A stretch of 64,000 nucleotides of DNA. Source: a virus. The notes beneath the pieces were generated by a model. It worked only from the letters and a program-made list of their open reading frames with translations, had not been told where the DNA came from and made no database searches. The position numbers and the translations under genes were made by a program. Location: positions 27,017 to 91,016 of the IMG/VR virus record IMGVR_UViG_3300034682_000252, one strand, 5' to 3'. The number at the start of each line of letters is the position of its first letter. Position 1 is the first letter of the stretch. Shown here one piece after another: positions 46,146 through 55,717 of this stretch.

Positions 46146-46170
46146 AAAAAGGGGCCCGCGGGCCCCTTTT
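46146..46170. terminator. Bidirectional terminator (identical core to 45164-45183)
   Basis: AAAAAGGGGCCC-gc-GGGCCCCTTTT. Confidence 0.75.
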
Positions 46171-46171
46171 C

Positions 46172-46639
46172 TTATGCTGCTTTCGGCTTGGCGCCGGCCC
46201 ACCAGCTCCCCACATCAAAGCAGGGGCAATCCTTGAGCCAATCACGGCTGTCGATCTTGCCGTCCTTGTTGGTGTCGCCGAACCAGTCGCGGTGACCCTT
46301 GATGGCGCTATCTGGCAGGGCGTACTTGCCCTTCATGCTGTCCACCAGCTTCGCCAGGGCGGCGAACTGGGCCGGGGTGTAGTTGTTTTCAGGCTTGCCG
46401 GCAGCGTTGACCCCGCCCACCAGGCAGATCCCCAGGTTGTCCTGGTTGTACCCTGCCACATGGGCGCCTATTTCGGCTTCCGGGCGGCCAGGCTCAACGG
46501 TACCGTCACGGCGAACGACGTAGTGGTACCCAATGGTCCTGAATCCCCGGTTTTTGTGCATGACGGTTATCTCTTTGGCTCCTATGTCACGGGTGCCAGG
46601 AGTTGCTGAACAGTGGATAGTGATAAATTTTTTCGTCAT
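46172..46639 (-). CDS. N-acetylmuramoyl-L-alanine amidase endolysin (T7 lysozyme type)
   Basis: IHCSAT, IGYHY, GAHV, GICLVGG, GHRD, KDCPCFD. Confidence 0.92.
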   Translation of the reverse strand: MTKKFITIHCSATPGTRDIGAKEITVMHKNRGFRTIGYHYVVRRDGTVEPGRPEAEIGAHVAGYNQDNLGICLVGGVNAAGKPENNYTPAQFAALAKLVDSMKGKYALPDSAIKGHRDWFGDTNKDGKIDSRDWLKDCPCFDVGSWWAGAKPKAA

Positions 46640-46725
46640 TTGAACAATGGCCTCAAAAAAAGGTTAGGATGTTTTCGGGCACCCTAGCCCAACTACACAA
46701 ACTGTAGGCTGGAGCGGGGAAGGGG

Positions 46726-46754
46726 AAACGGGCACTTCGGTGCCCGTTTTTTTT
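46726..46754. terminator. Terminator after Dar operon
   Basis: AAACGGGCAC-ttcg-GTGCCCGTTTTTTTT. Confidence 0.7.
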
Positions 46755-47136
46755 ATTGCTCCAATCTGCCCAGCAGTTCGTAATGCTCTGCCACCCGGCG
46801 CGGCACCACGCCATCCAGCAGCATAGCGGCCGGTTCGTCCAGGGATTCGCCGTCATCGTCCACCAGCTCCTCCCCGTCCAGATCTGCCGGCGCATCTTCC
46901 ACGCCAGCGACCTCTATCCCCATCATACGGAAGAACACACCCTGAATCCCCATGGCGGTATAGGAGCCTGGCGCCATCGAGACGCCGCGGCCGTCATCCT
47001 CGCCGTTACAGAAATCCTCAAAGCTCGCCTGGAGAGAGGCCGGTTCGACCTCCATTGCACAGCGATAATCTGAGGTTGGGGCGGCCAGGGTGATCGTCGC
47101 CGGCACATCCAGGTAAACCAGGGTCAACACCTGCAT
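46753..47136 (-). CDS. Acidic protein at the hxr position of the P1 dar operon
   Basis: Coupled to ddrB; identity inferred only from position. Confidence 0.55.
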   Translation of the reverse strand: MQVLTLVYLDVPATITLAAPTSDYRCAMEVEPASLQASFEDFCNGEDDGRGVSMAPGSYTAMGIQGVFFRMMGIEVAGVEDAPADLDGEELVDDDGESLDEPAAMLLDGVVPRRVAEHYELLGRLEQ

Positions 47137-50100
47137 TACTTCGCCTCCTTGTATTTGATGCCAAGCATCTTAATGGCCGCCATCACCATAGCCAGGTGCT
47201 CTGGATCCGCCATAGCCAGCTTTGCCAATTCTACATCGGTGGTCAGGGCCTGGAAGCCCATGGAGAACACTTCCGTGGTTTCCACACCCTGAATCCCCAT
47301 GGCGCCGTATATCTTGCCCACGTAGGGGTGATAGAACCCATCGTTTACCGCCACCTCGTTCTTGTACGATTTGACCCCGGTCATGTGCTTGAGATACGCG
47401 ACCTTACCCTTCTCGCTGGGGATGGCGTCCGAACGGCGAGCCAAGAGCTGCTTGGCAGCAAGCAGAAGCTCGGGGTTTTTGTACTCAACAAAGTGACCCA
47501 TTTCATGCCATAGGGTGGTCTTGGTCATCCCCTCCCCGCTGTTGATATGGTTGTTTTCCAGACTGGCATAAGCTCGCTTCTTCTTGCGCACGAGCTCTGG
47601 CGTCCCCATCTGCCCGGATACCACCTGGTAGAATCGGGCCATGTCGGATTTCATGGTGGCCATGTCATAACCGGGCGCCAGGCTGGCAGCAGAGATCCGC
47701 ACTTTCGTCCCAGCCACCATCTTGGCCGCCTCTCTTTCGGGCATGACGCCGGTCAGTTCGTCAACCATGGCCCGCAGCGGGGCCACCCCCTGCACCAGAG
47801 GCTTGTTTCCACTCTCCCGGAGAAGTGTGGCGTAGTGGCGATACAAGCTGACGGCCGCGGAAACAGCCACTTGATAGCCTGGCTGGCCGCGCTGCTGCTC
47901 AATGTAGGCCGTCACCGCCTCATAGGTCCGAATGTCATAATGGAAGCCGCCCGCATCAACGATATTGCCGGCTGACCGGGCCATGACGTCAGACAGGCCT
48001 TCACGCTGCGCCGGCGTCAGCGCCCGATACTCAGGGTTGCGGGCCAGTTCGGCCAACACCTGCTGCTTGTTCATGTGGCGGATAGCCGCGTCGGTAATGG
48101 CCTCCTCCCTGGCTTGGGTTGTCACCGACAATGCCAGCGCTCGGATCTGCCGCTCAAACTCGCCGGTATCGCGCTCAAACTGACCCTCCTTGTTGGATGT
48201 CATCATGTCGAACAAGGCCACCACCTGCCCCACACTCTCGGCATCGCGAACGAACCTTGCGGCCCTTGCAGCCCGAACCCGAGTGGGAAGATCGGCCGCC
48301 ACGGCGTCAAACATTCCGACCTGGATCCCACCCTTCTCGCCGTAGAGCTCGGCCATGTGGTCATTGACGCGGGCCAGCACGGTTACCAGGTCAACCGGTG
48401 GCTCGCCGAACATGTCCGCCACCACCTGGCCCTTGTGCTCCAGGATCTGGCATATCTCTTCGGCCATGACCGTGAAGGCCTCCGCCATGCGCTTCACCGA
48501 GCGGTTATTGGCCGCGATGAACGACGCCAGCGCGGCGGCCTGGGGATCGGCACCGCCGAACATGTCCCCCTGTTTCAGGTACTCCTCCACCGACTGGCCA
48601 GCGTCCCGGGCTGCCCGGACGATCGTCGTTGCGTCCACCAGCGCGGACAGGGCCTCCTCGTCCAGGGTCTTGGTCAGAGAGACGCTTTCGACCAGGGCGT
48701 CGGTGGTCTGCTTGTGGGCCTCCCCGGACAGGGTGCGCATTGTCACGAACTGGGGCGCCGCGTTGGTCAGGGCACTCAGGACGTTGCGGATCTCGGGGTC
48801 CGGCTCCTCAACGGCCAGGCGCAAAAGATCCTCATGCTGATAGGCCTTGGCGAACACTGCCGCCCGGATGCGCTCGATCACCTGCCTGGTGGGTCTGCCA
48901 TCGGGGGTCAGCAACCCGGCCGCCTGCTCGCTGGTCAGCTTTGCCAGGAAGGCAGAAACGAAGGGGCGATTAGAAGCCGCTAGGAAGTCGCCAGACGCAC
49001 CAGGGGAGAACAGGGCCATTACCCCCTCGTCCATGGCCTCCGCGTCGATTCTGGCCTGCTCTGTGGGGCTCATGGCCTGCATGTCCGACACGTTGCTATC
49101 TTTGGCGAACTGGGCGCGGTCCACTTCATCCAGGCGCACCCGCACCAGCACGGGCGAACTGAACGCCTTCACCTGGGTGGGCGTGAAGCCATAGAGCTCG
49201 GCGTTGTCCTCCAGGTACTGCCGGTATTCGCCGGCGTTGCCCTCGGCGTAGGCCTTGATGATCGCCATCGAGCGGCCATTGCCCGACTCCACCACTTTGT
49301 CAGGGCCGATGATCGGTGCGCCCTGGCTGGATAGCCCAGAGTCAGCCAGCCGCGCCGGCTGCAGCGAGCGGGAGAGCTTGGTGATCTGCATGACGCTGGC
49401 CACCCGGGTCCGGTCCCGCGGTTGCAGCTCCTGGGGATAGGCGCCGTTGGGCTTGCCGTCCAGGCCGTTGGAGGCGATCAGGGCGTTGGCCTCGATCAGC
49501 TTGAAGGCGGTACGCACGGACGCACCCTTGACGGTGGCGACGTAGCTCACGCGACCATGATCAAACTCGTCCTCCCCCAGCGGCTCAAATTGCACATCCA
49601 ACACAATGAAATCGAGTGGCGCGGCGTCGTCCAGGTAGTTGGAATCGAGCCCGTTAACGGCTACACTTGAATCACCAGGGGCAATGCTTGTATCTGGGGT
49701 ATCGGTGGTCGGTCGGCCGGTACGGAGTTCCAGTGGTCCTGTCCTGCTATTGCCCTCGACCCCAACACTTTCCAGGAATACCCCCACCGCCCCCGGGCGG
49801 CGATAAACCACGTCCCCCTCCTGCATCTTCCGGCCTATCTGGCTCGACTTGATGTGGTGCGAACTGACCACCACCTCATCCCCGGCCCTCTGCACAGTCA
49901 CGCAAACGAACCCCCGCACCTTGCCGTCTGGCTTGGCGATCGCATTCACGAACAGGTAATTGAAATCCCGCTCATCCCCGGGAGTGCCGCGGCGCTCTTT
50001 CAGCACCACGAGCGGATTTTCCAGGGTGGGGCGGATCCAGCCTGCGTATTGGACCCTACCCTTCGCCCCGAGCTTATCGAGTTGGTTTGCGCCGAACCGG

Positions 50101-50330
50101 ACAGGCCCGATCACCGTCTTGATGGTGGCCCCCATGAGCTCGGCAAGCTGCTCATCGCTGATCTCGGGATCTATGGCATGAGCATTGGCAGCCAGAATGT
50201 CCGCGAGGTGCTGGGGACTGTTCTTGGCTGGCGGCGTCTGGGTGGTGAGCTCGTCGAATACTTCCACCAGCTCGGTGCTGGTGGTGGCCGCCAGAACGCT
50301 CTGGATGGCCTTGTTTTTGCGGTCTTGCAT
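47136..50330 (-). CDS. ddrB: DdrB-like polyvalent protein (PBECR-like nuclease, ParB-like, HExxH peptidase domains)
   Basis: LQPRDRTR..GAPII..VESGNGR (DdrB ParB-like); IRPTLENP...VVVSSH; LWHEMGHFVE. Confidence 0.82.
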   Translation of the reverse strand: MQDRKNKAIQSVLAATTSTELVEVFDELTTQTPPAKNSPQHLADILAANAHAIDPEISDEQLAELMGATIKTVIGPVRFGANQLDKLGAKGRVQYAGWIRPTLENPLVVLKERRGTPGDERDFNYLFVNAIAKPDGKVRGFVCVTVQRAGDEVVVSSHHIKSSQIGRKMQEGDVVYRRPGAVGVFLESVGVEGNSRTGPLELRTGRPTTDTPDTSIAPGDSSVAVNGLDSNYLDDAAPLDFIVLDVQFEPLGEDEFDHGRVSYVATVKGASVRTAFKLIEANALIASNGLDGKPNGAYPQELQPRDRTRVASVMQITKLSRSLQPARLADSGLSSQGAPIIGPDKVVESGNGRSMAIIKAYAEGNAGEYRQYLEDNAELYGFTPTQVKAFSSPVLVRVRLDEVDRAQFAKDSNVSDMQAMSPTEQARIDAEAMDEGVMALFSPGASGDFLAASNRPFVSAFLAKLTSEQAAGLLTPDGRPTRQVIERIRAAVFAKAYQHEDLLRLAVEEPDPEIRNVLSALTNAAPQFVTMRTLSGEAHKQTTDALVESVSLTKTLDEEALSALVDATTIVRAARDAGQSVEEYLKQGDMFGGADPQAAALASFIAANNRSVKRMAEAFTVMAEEICQILEHKGQVVADMFGEPPVDLVTVLARVNDHMAELYGEKGGIQVGMFDAVAADLPTRVRAARAARFVRDAESVGQVVALFDMMTSNKEGQFERDTGEFERQIRALALSVTTQAREEAITDAAIRHMNKQQVLAELARNPEYRALTPAQREGLSDVMARSAGNIVDAGGFHYDIRTYEAVTAYIEQQRGQPGYQVAVSAAVSLYRHYATLLRESGNKPLVQGVAPLRAMVDELTGVMPEREAAKMVAGTKVRISAASLAPGYDMATMKSDMARFYQVVSGQMGTPELVRKKKRAYASLENNHINSGEGMTKTTLWHEMGHFVEYKNPELLLAAKQLLARRSDAIPSEKGKVAYLKHMTGVKSYKNEVAVNDGFYHPYVGKIYGAMGIQGVETTEVFSMGFQALTTDVELAKLAMADPEHLAMVMAAIKMLGIKYKEAK

Positions 50331-50381
50331 GTGACCCCTCAAAGGGGGCTGACGGGGAAGGGTGGGCACCCCCGCCGAGGT

Positions 50382-51455
50382 TTAAGCGGCGATAAGCTCG
50401 GGGTTCGCTTCTATCCAGCGGGTCACACCGGCTTTCACGTCATCGAGCGCCATCCCCTCATCGGCCACGGCCAGGATCCGCTTGCGGAAATCAACGGGCG
50501 ATTCCTGGTTGAAATCGCCGCGCAAGTAGCGCATCGAAAGAGTTTCCTCGGGCTCCTGCTCCTGCTCGGGCTCCTGTTTGAGGGCGGCAACTCTGGTTCG
50601 CAGACCATCCAGGATCTGGCTGTAGCGCTCTTGGTCCTCGGCGGGCAGCGCTTCCACAAAACGGTCAAAATCCTCAATGGAGATCGGTTTGGCGCGGCCC
50701 ATTTCGGCGGAAAGCACCTCGCCCCCAAGGAGAGTCAGGGAGGCGGCGGTATTGCCGTCTGCAATGCTCTCCATGACCCCCTCCATGCCTCGGTGCTGAT
50801 ATTTCAGATTGGCATAGGCAACTTCCAGAGCAGGCCCAAGGGTAGCCATCCCCTCAACAAACACCTCTCCCTTGTAGCCAAGTTGCACGGCGCCATAGGA
50901 CCACTTGGCAATCGAGTAATCCCCCACGCCGTTTTTGTATATGTCCTTGGCTGCCCTGATGGCCTGTTCGACCATGTAGCGCACCTTCTTGCGCTTATCG
51001 GCTGGGAAGTAGCTCTTAATCCCCTTCCAGGCATTTTCAGCGGGGAAGGCCTGATCAGCGCTCCAGCCCGAATAACCAATTTTGAAGGCATCACGCCCCG
51101 CGCCTTGCTCGGTCGCCCACAAGATCACCACACCAAGCGTCTCATTGGAAACAAGCGCGGTGGCCTTGCTGCTTTTCTCATAGACCTTCGTCCATGCTGG
51201 GTGCTGGACCCCGCCGATAGCCAAGCCCACCAGCGAGCGGCGGGTGGCTTCTTCGGCCTCTTGATCGCTCCCCTCCTCGTCCACCTCGGCCGGCGCCGGC
51301 TTCACAGCATCACCCTTGAGCTTTGCCATGATTGCGGCCAGTTCGCGCTGCTTGGCCAGCTTATCGAGAATGCCGAGCTCGCCGGCTTTCAGTTCGCTTT
51401 TGAGGGTGGCGGCCTGCTTCTGCAGGCCCACCTTTTCCAGAATGCTCAATGCCAT
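50382..51455 (-). CDS. ddrA: DdrA-like virion protein
   Basis: Position between darA and ddrB; MALSILEK.. N-terminus. Confidence 0.65.
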   Translation of the reverse strand: MALSILEKVGLQKQAATLKSELKAGELGILDKLAKQRELAAIMAKLKGDAVKPAPAEVDEEGSDQEAEEATRRSLVGLAIGGVQHPAWTKVYEKSSKATALVSNETLGVVILWATEQGAGRDAFKIGYSGWSADQAFPAENAWKGIKSYFPADKRKKVRYMVEQAIRAAKDIYKNGVGDYSIAKWSYGAVQLGYKGEVFVEGMATLGPALEVAYANLKYQHRGMEGVMESIADGNTAASLTLLGGEVLSAEMGRAKPISIEDFDRFVEALPAEDQERYSQILDGLRTRVAALKQEPEQEQEPEETLSMRYLRGDFNQESPVDFRKRILAVADEGMALDDVKAGVTRWIEANPELIAA

Positions 51456-54400
51456 TACGCGGCCTCCTCCATCAGTTCGGTCAGACGGTCAGCGACCTTG
51501 TGCAAGTAAGGTTCGTGACGCTCAACGGCACCGGCCTGCTCGAGCTGTTCGATCAGGGAGCCCATGCCCTCCAGGTACACCTGGTAATCACCCTCGCCGG
51601 TGCGCAGGGCTTCCAGTTGCTCCAGGAGCGCCAGGATAGCCGGGTCGGCCTCATCCCACTGGTTGCTGGTGGCGGGTGGCTCGTCGCCGCCTGGCTGCTC
51701 GGTACCGCCCTCGGGAGGCAGTTCATCGCCCTCAGTCACGGGCGGGGTGGCCGCGGCGCGGGCCTTGTCGATCATGCTGTTTGCCATGGCTTTGACGCTC
51801 CCGGTATAGCCGGCCTCTTGCAGGGCCTGGGTGAGTTGGCCGCTCTCGTACTTGCCATCGACAAAGAACGGGTTGTTGGTTTCGGTCAGGGAGCCCTTTG
51901 GCTTAAACAGCTCATTCCAGATCTCTTCGTCGGTTTCCTCCAGTTCGACCATGCGGACCACCACCTCCTCCAGCTCAGCCAGGCGAGCGGCACGGGATAC
52001 CGGGCTCCACACTGCCGCGGCCATGTCCTCCAGGGAGTAATGGTCGATCTGGTCCTTGGTCAGCGGCTCCAGGTAGGCAATCATGCCGTGGCGCCAGCCG
52101 GTCGGGTCGCGGTCCTTGATCAGCTCGGCCACGCGGGCATCGCCGGCGACGTCATCCTGGGGGATGTGGGCGACCACGCCATCCGGCTGGGTGCCCAGGC
52201 CGTAGGGGCGAACGCGCATCCCATACCAGTAGAGCGGAGTCGCCTCGGTGGGCTCCTCGACCGTCTCGGTCGTCGGGGGCGGCTCGACCGGCTCAGGATT
52301 GCGCTTGGCGAATGCCTCATCCACATCTTTCTGATAGGCGGCCTCCATAGCTGCCTTGGCCTCATCCCAATGCCTTACCTCAGTGGCACCGGTGATTGGG
52401 CCGCCGTCGCCATAGAGCACCGCAAAGGAACCGGTCGGCTCATTGTCCGGGCCCACATTCGCCCTGATGTAAAAGCCATCATGGAATTGCTCATCAATGG
52501 CGGGGGTGTCGATCATGAGCACCGGCACAATGGGATCACCTTCTCCCCCCTCGCCCAGCTCGCTAAAGCTCGAGCGCCAATCCTTCTCAAGCCGACCGGT
52601 GATGAACGCGGCCAGGGCGTTTTTGATCAACTCCCTGTTTCTCTCGAAGTTGTCCTCTTTCAGGCGGTAACCGGCAGCCTTGCCGCTCTTGTAGGCCTTG
52701 TAGAGTGTGCTGGTGGCATCATCCATCGCCCCGCCCTGGGAGCTGGTAGAGAAGATGCGGTAAACCGTGCCGTCCTTCTCGACAATCGAGATATACCCCT
52801 CAAGATCGCCGCTGGCATCGGCATAACGACGGGAGATAACGGCGCCATTGGTCAGCGTCATCTGGCCGTGAATGCTCAATTGCTGCTTGATGTAGCGAAT
52901 CCCATCCTCGGGCAATTCATCCGTCTTGATGGTGTCCTTGCTGACTTCCTCCATCGGAATGGTGCCGCCGTCGGTCAGCAGGTACTGGCCGCGATTCTTG
53001 AAGCCCTGGCCGTCCCAGGTGTAGCGCTTGGCCGCCACGCCCGGGGTGCCAGGGGTCACGTCGATCACCTTGTCGGTGGAGTTGACCACCTGCATCCCGC
53101 CCAGCTTGCCGCCCGTCTGGGGTCGGTTCTGCAGGGTGACAAGCGCCCCCTTGGATTCGTTGCCGGTCAAGGTGGGCTGGGCTGGTTGCGCGGCCGGAGC
53201 GTAGTAACCGCCATCAGCTTGCAGCGCGGCGATCAGCTTCTCTTTCGGGTAGGTGCCCGCGATCAAGGCGGCGCCATCAAAGCGAACCGGGGCGCCCTTC
53301 TTCTCTCTAAATGGCATCCGATCCGTGATTTGATTGGCCTGTAAGCGGTCGAGCTCAAAGTAATAACTGAGAAGGAACGTCATGTAGCTACGGGGGGTAG
53401 GATTGATCCCCGTCTCTATGCCCGCGATTGACACTGAATAAACAATATCATCGACCAAACCGGTCAGCGCCTTTCGCTCTCTCTCGCTGGTGGCTGGGTC
53501 ATCGGGGTTTGAGAGAAACACATCCTGCCCATAACTGCCTTTTGGCCAGCCAGCCATGACGTTCACGGCATCAATGGTTTTCGCCCGTATTTTCCCAATC
53601 TCGCCGGCCGTGCGCTTATGCGACTTGGCCCAGTGCTCAGCCTCATCCGTCGAGTCAAACCCGGCTGCAATCTGGTACTCATTCACCAGCATGACGCGAT
53701 CGGGATTCTGCTCATTGATCAGCTTCCAGCCAGTGCCGGTGATTGTCTTGCTGGCCCGCTCCTGCTGGCGCTTGGCCGCGGCGTTATCGTAGTGCTGGGA
53801 AATGGTGATTTTCGGGGTTTCGCCCTCACCGACCAGACCAGGCGTGACAGGTTGAACTACCGGAGCCGGTTCGGCGACCTTGCCCAGGCCTGCCAGCGTC
53901 TTGCGCAGCTCCTCATTGCGCTGGATCTGGCTGGCCAGTTGCCCGTTGACCTTGGCGAGCTCGGCGTCAGTGCTGCCCTTGGCATCTGCCAGGGTATCCA
54001 CCTGTTCGCTCAGCAGCTCGGCCTGCTTCATGTGCTGTTCGGTATCAGCCTCCAGGGTGGCCAGCTCCTCGGCCTTGGCCTTGTTGTCTGCCTGCTTGGC
54101 GGCAAACTTGGTGCTGTTGCGCTCTGCCAGGTTGGCGAGCGCCATGGTGGTCTGCTTGAGGGAAATATCCCGCCCCTTGCTGGGGGCGACAACGTGGGTC
54201 ACATCCCGTTTGTTCAAGAGGAACCGGAACGCGACCAGGGTGTCCGCCGCGGTGATCTTGCCCGGGTCATTGCTGGGGCTGTGGAAAATCACAAAGATGG
54301 ATTGCCCATCAGACAGGGGGATCTCGGCGGAGAGTACCGCCACGTCGCCAGCCCTCTTGGGGTCGCCCACTTTGGCGTCAGCAGCCTGGATCTCAGTGCC

Positions 54401-54667
54401 GGTCAGCGCCTGATTCAGCGCCCGATTAAAGGCGCCCATGGTGCGGTCTATGCGCTGGTGGGTCGTCACAATGGCATCGGTGAATGCCTGCTCGCCACGG
54501 CCAGCCAGGCCGTAGAGATAGGTCGCCTCAATCTCCTCCAGGGTTGCCGGCTCCAGCATCATGGAATCATCCCCCAGGGCGTCCAGGTAATGCTGCTCAG
54601 ACAGAGGGGCGGCCTTGTGGTCAATCATGTTGACCACACGGGCCCCGTTATGAAGGGCATAAATCAT
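51455..54667 (-). CDS. darA: DarA antirestriction virion protein (expanded)
   Basis: LSDGQSIFVIFHSP..FRFLLNKRDVTHVVAP..NLAERNS N-domain; YGMRVRPYGLGTQP C-domain. Confidence 0.85.
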   Translation of the reverse strand: MIYALHNGARVVNMIDHKAAPLSEQHYLDALGDDSMMLEPATLEEIEATYLYGLAGRGEQAFTDAIVTTHQRIDRTMGAFNRALNQALTGTEIQAADAKVGDPKRAGDVAVLSAEIPLSDGQSIFVIFHSPSNDPGKITAADTLVAFRFLLNKRDVTHVVAPSKGRDISLKQTTMALANLAERNSTKFAAKQADNKAKAEELATLEADTEQHMKQAELLSEQVDTLADAKGSTDAELAKVNGQLASQIQRNEELRKTLAGLGKVAEPAPVVQPVTPGLVGEGETPKITISQHYDNAAAKRQQERASKTITGTGWKLINEQNPDRVMLVNEYQIAAGFDSTDEAEHWAKSHKRTAGEIGKIRAKTIDAVNVMAGWPKGSYGQDVFLSNPDDPATSERERKALTGLVDDIVYSVSIAGIETGINPTPRSYMTFLLSYYFELDRLQANQITDRMPFREKKGAPVRFDGAALIAGTYPKEKLIAALQADGGYYAPAAQPAQPTLTGNESKGALVTLQNRPQTGGKLGGMQVVNSTDKVIDVTPGTPGVAAKRYTWDGQGFKNRGQYLLTDGGTIPMEEVSKDTIKTDELPEDGIRYIKQQLSIHGQMTLTNGAVISRRYADASGDLEGYISIVEKDGTVYRIFSTSSQGGAMDDATSTLYKAYKSGKAAGYRLKEDNFERNRELIKNALAAFITGRLEKDWRSSFSELGEGGEGDPIVPVLMIDTPAIDEQFHDGFYIRANVGPDNEPTGSFAVLYGDGGPITGATEVRHWDEAKAAMEAAYQKDVDEAFAKRNPEPVEPPPTTETVEEPTEATPLYWYGMRVRPYGLGTQPDGVVAHIPQDDVAGDARVAELIKDRDPTGWRHGMIAYLEPLTKDQIDHYSLEDMAAAVWSPVSRAARLAELEEVVVRMVELEETDEEIWNELFKPKGSLTETNNPFFVDGKYESGQLTQALQEAGYTGSVKAMANSMIDKARAAATPPVTEGDELPPEGGTEQPGGDEPPATSNQWDEADPAILALLEQLEALRTGEGDYQVYLEGMGSLIEQLEQAGAVERHEPYLHKVADRLTELMEEAA

Positions 54668-55299
54668 GCTTCGCCTCCCAGGGCTTCAATCTGCTGGATC
54701 AGTTGGTTGGTGGTCGCCCGCTCCAGTTCCAGCTTGTTGCGCTGGCTCTCGAGCTCGCTGGTGCTGGTGGCCTTGGCGGCCTGCAGCTCCGCAATCCGGG
54801 CCTCTATGGTGGCGACGTTGGTCCTGGCGCCCGCGTTGGCAGCCTTGGCCTCGATGATCCGGGCCAGGATGGTGCGGCCGGCCGGCTTCTTCTTTGACTC
54901 GTCGGGATTAACCTGCTTTACCGCCTTGCGGGCGAGACTGTTATCCCAGCGGGCCTGACCGGCCACCACTTTGGCCGCCACCTCTTTGGCGTAGGCATCC
55001 ATGGTTTTCAGGGACTGTACCGGGATGATGGTCGTATTCAGCTTGGTTTCGATCACGTCGCCCTGGTCGCCCAGGGTGATGGTGATGGACTGCCCGCCTT
55101 CAAAGCGCAGCAGAGCCTTTTTCGTCGCCATCCGGTCCTTTCTGACCATGCGGTTGGTTGCCTCAACTTCCGCAACGGTCTGGCCGGCTTTCTTGAAGCT
55201 GGCAACCAGCTTCTTGAGGCCGACCTCAGTCACGTTGTCGAAATCGAGGGTGAAGTATTCAGCCTTGTTCTGGCTGTAACGTTCGTCTCTCTGGGTCAT
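54664..55299 (-). CDS. hdf: Hdf (Dar system, DarA-fragment homolog)
   Basis: LDFDNVTEVGLKKL..GQ..GD..KLN; between lydB and darA. Confidence 0.78.
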   Translation of the reverse strand: MTQRDERYSQNKAEYFTLDFDNVTEVGLKKLVASFKKAGQTVAEVEATNRMVRKDRMATKKALLRFEGGQSITITLGDQGDVIETKLNTTIIPVQSLKTMDAYAKEVAAKVVAGQARWDNSLARKAVKQVNPDESKKKPAGRTILARIIEAKAANAGARTNVATIEARIAELQAAKATSTSELESQRNKLELERATTNQLIQQIEALGGEA

Positions 55300-55715
55300 T
55301 GAATTTGTACCTGTATGGTCTTTGAAGCCTTGAGCGGGAACAGGGAATAAAACGGGTTGCGGCGGCAGGTTGTGGTGATCCTGACTGTCAGCTCCCAGGG
55401 GCCCGGGGTGAGCAGGTTTTCACGGATCAGCAGGTACTCGTCGTTGCTGCCAATGGCGCAGCCGGCCAAGGAGCGGGTGCGGCCAGTAATAACGGTCGTG
55501 GGGCGCTTGCGGTCGCGGAATGAGTAGGTCACTTCCGACCAGTCAGGGTCAGAGGAGGCGTGATAGTGCAAGACGTAGCGGCGATAGCCGCCCTCACTGC
55601 CCGCCGGCTCCACCGTCACATCGGACACCTGGCCGCGCCGAAGGATAAGCCTATCCAACAACCCAGCCAGACCCGCGGCTGCGGCTGTCACGAGAAAAAG
55701 GGTGTTTCCGTCCAT
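55296..55715 (-). CDS. lydB: LydB-like antiholin
   Basis: N-terminal TM, NDEYLLI..W.L.V..NPFYSLFP; synteny. Confidence 0.7.
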   Translation of the reverse strand: MDGNTLFLVTAAAAGLAGLLDRLILRRGQVSDVTVEPAGSEGGYRRYVLHYHASSDPDWSEVTYSFRDRKRPTTVITGRTRSLAGCAIGSNDEYLLIRENLLTPGPWELTVRITTTCRRNPFYSLFPLKASKTIQVQIQ

Positions 55716-55717
55716 TG

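Noticed and set aside
49854-54958. Long + strand ORFs opposite ddrA/darA
   Set aside because: Antisense shadow frames.
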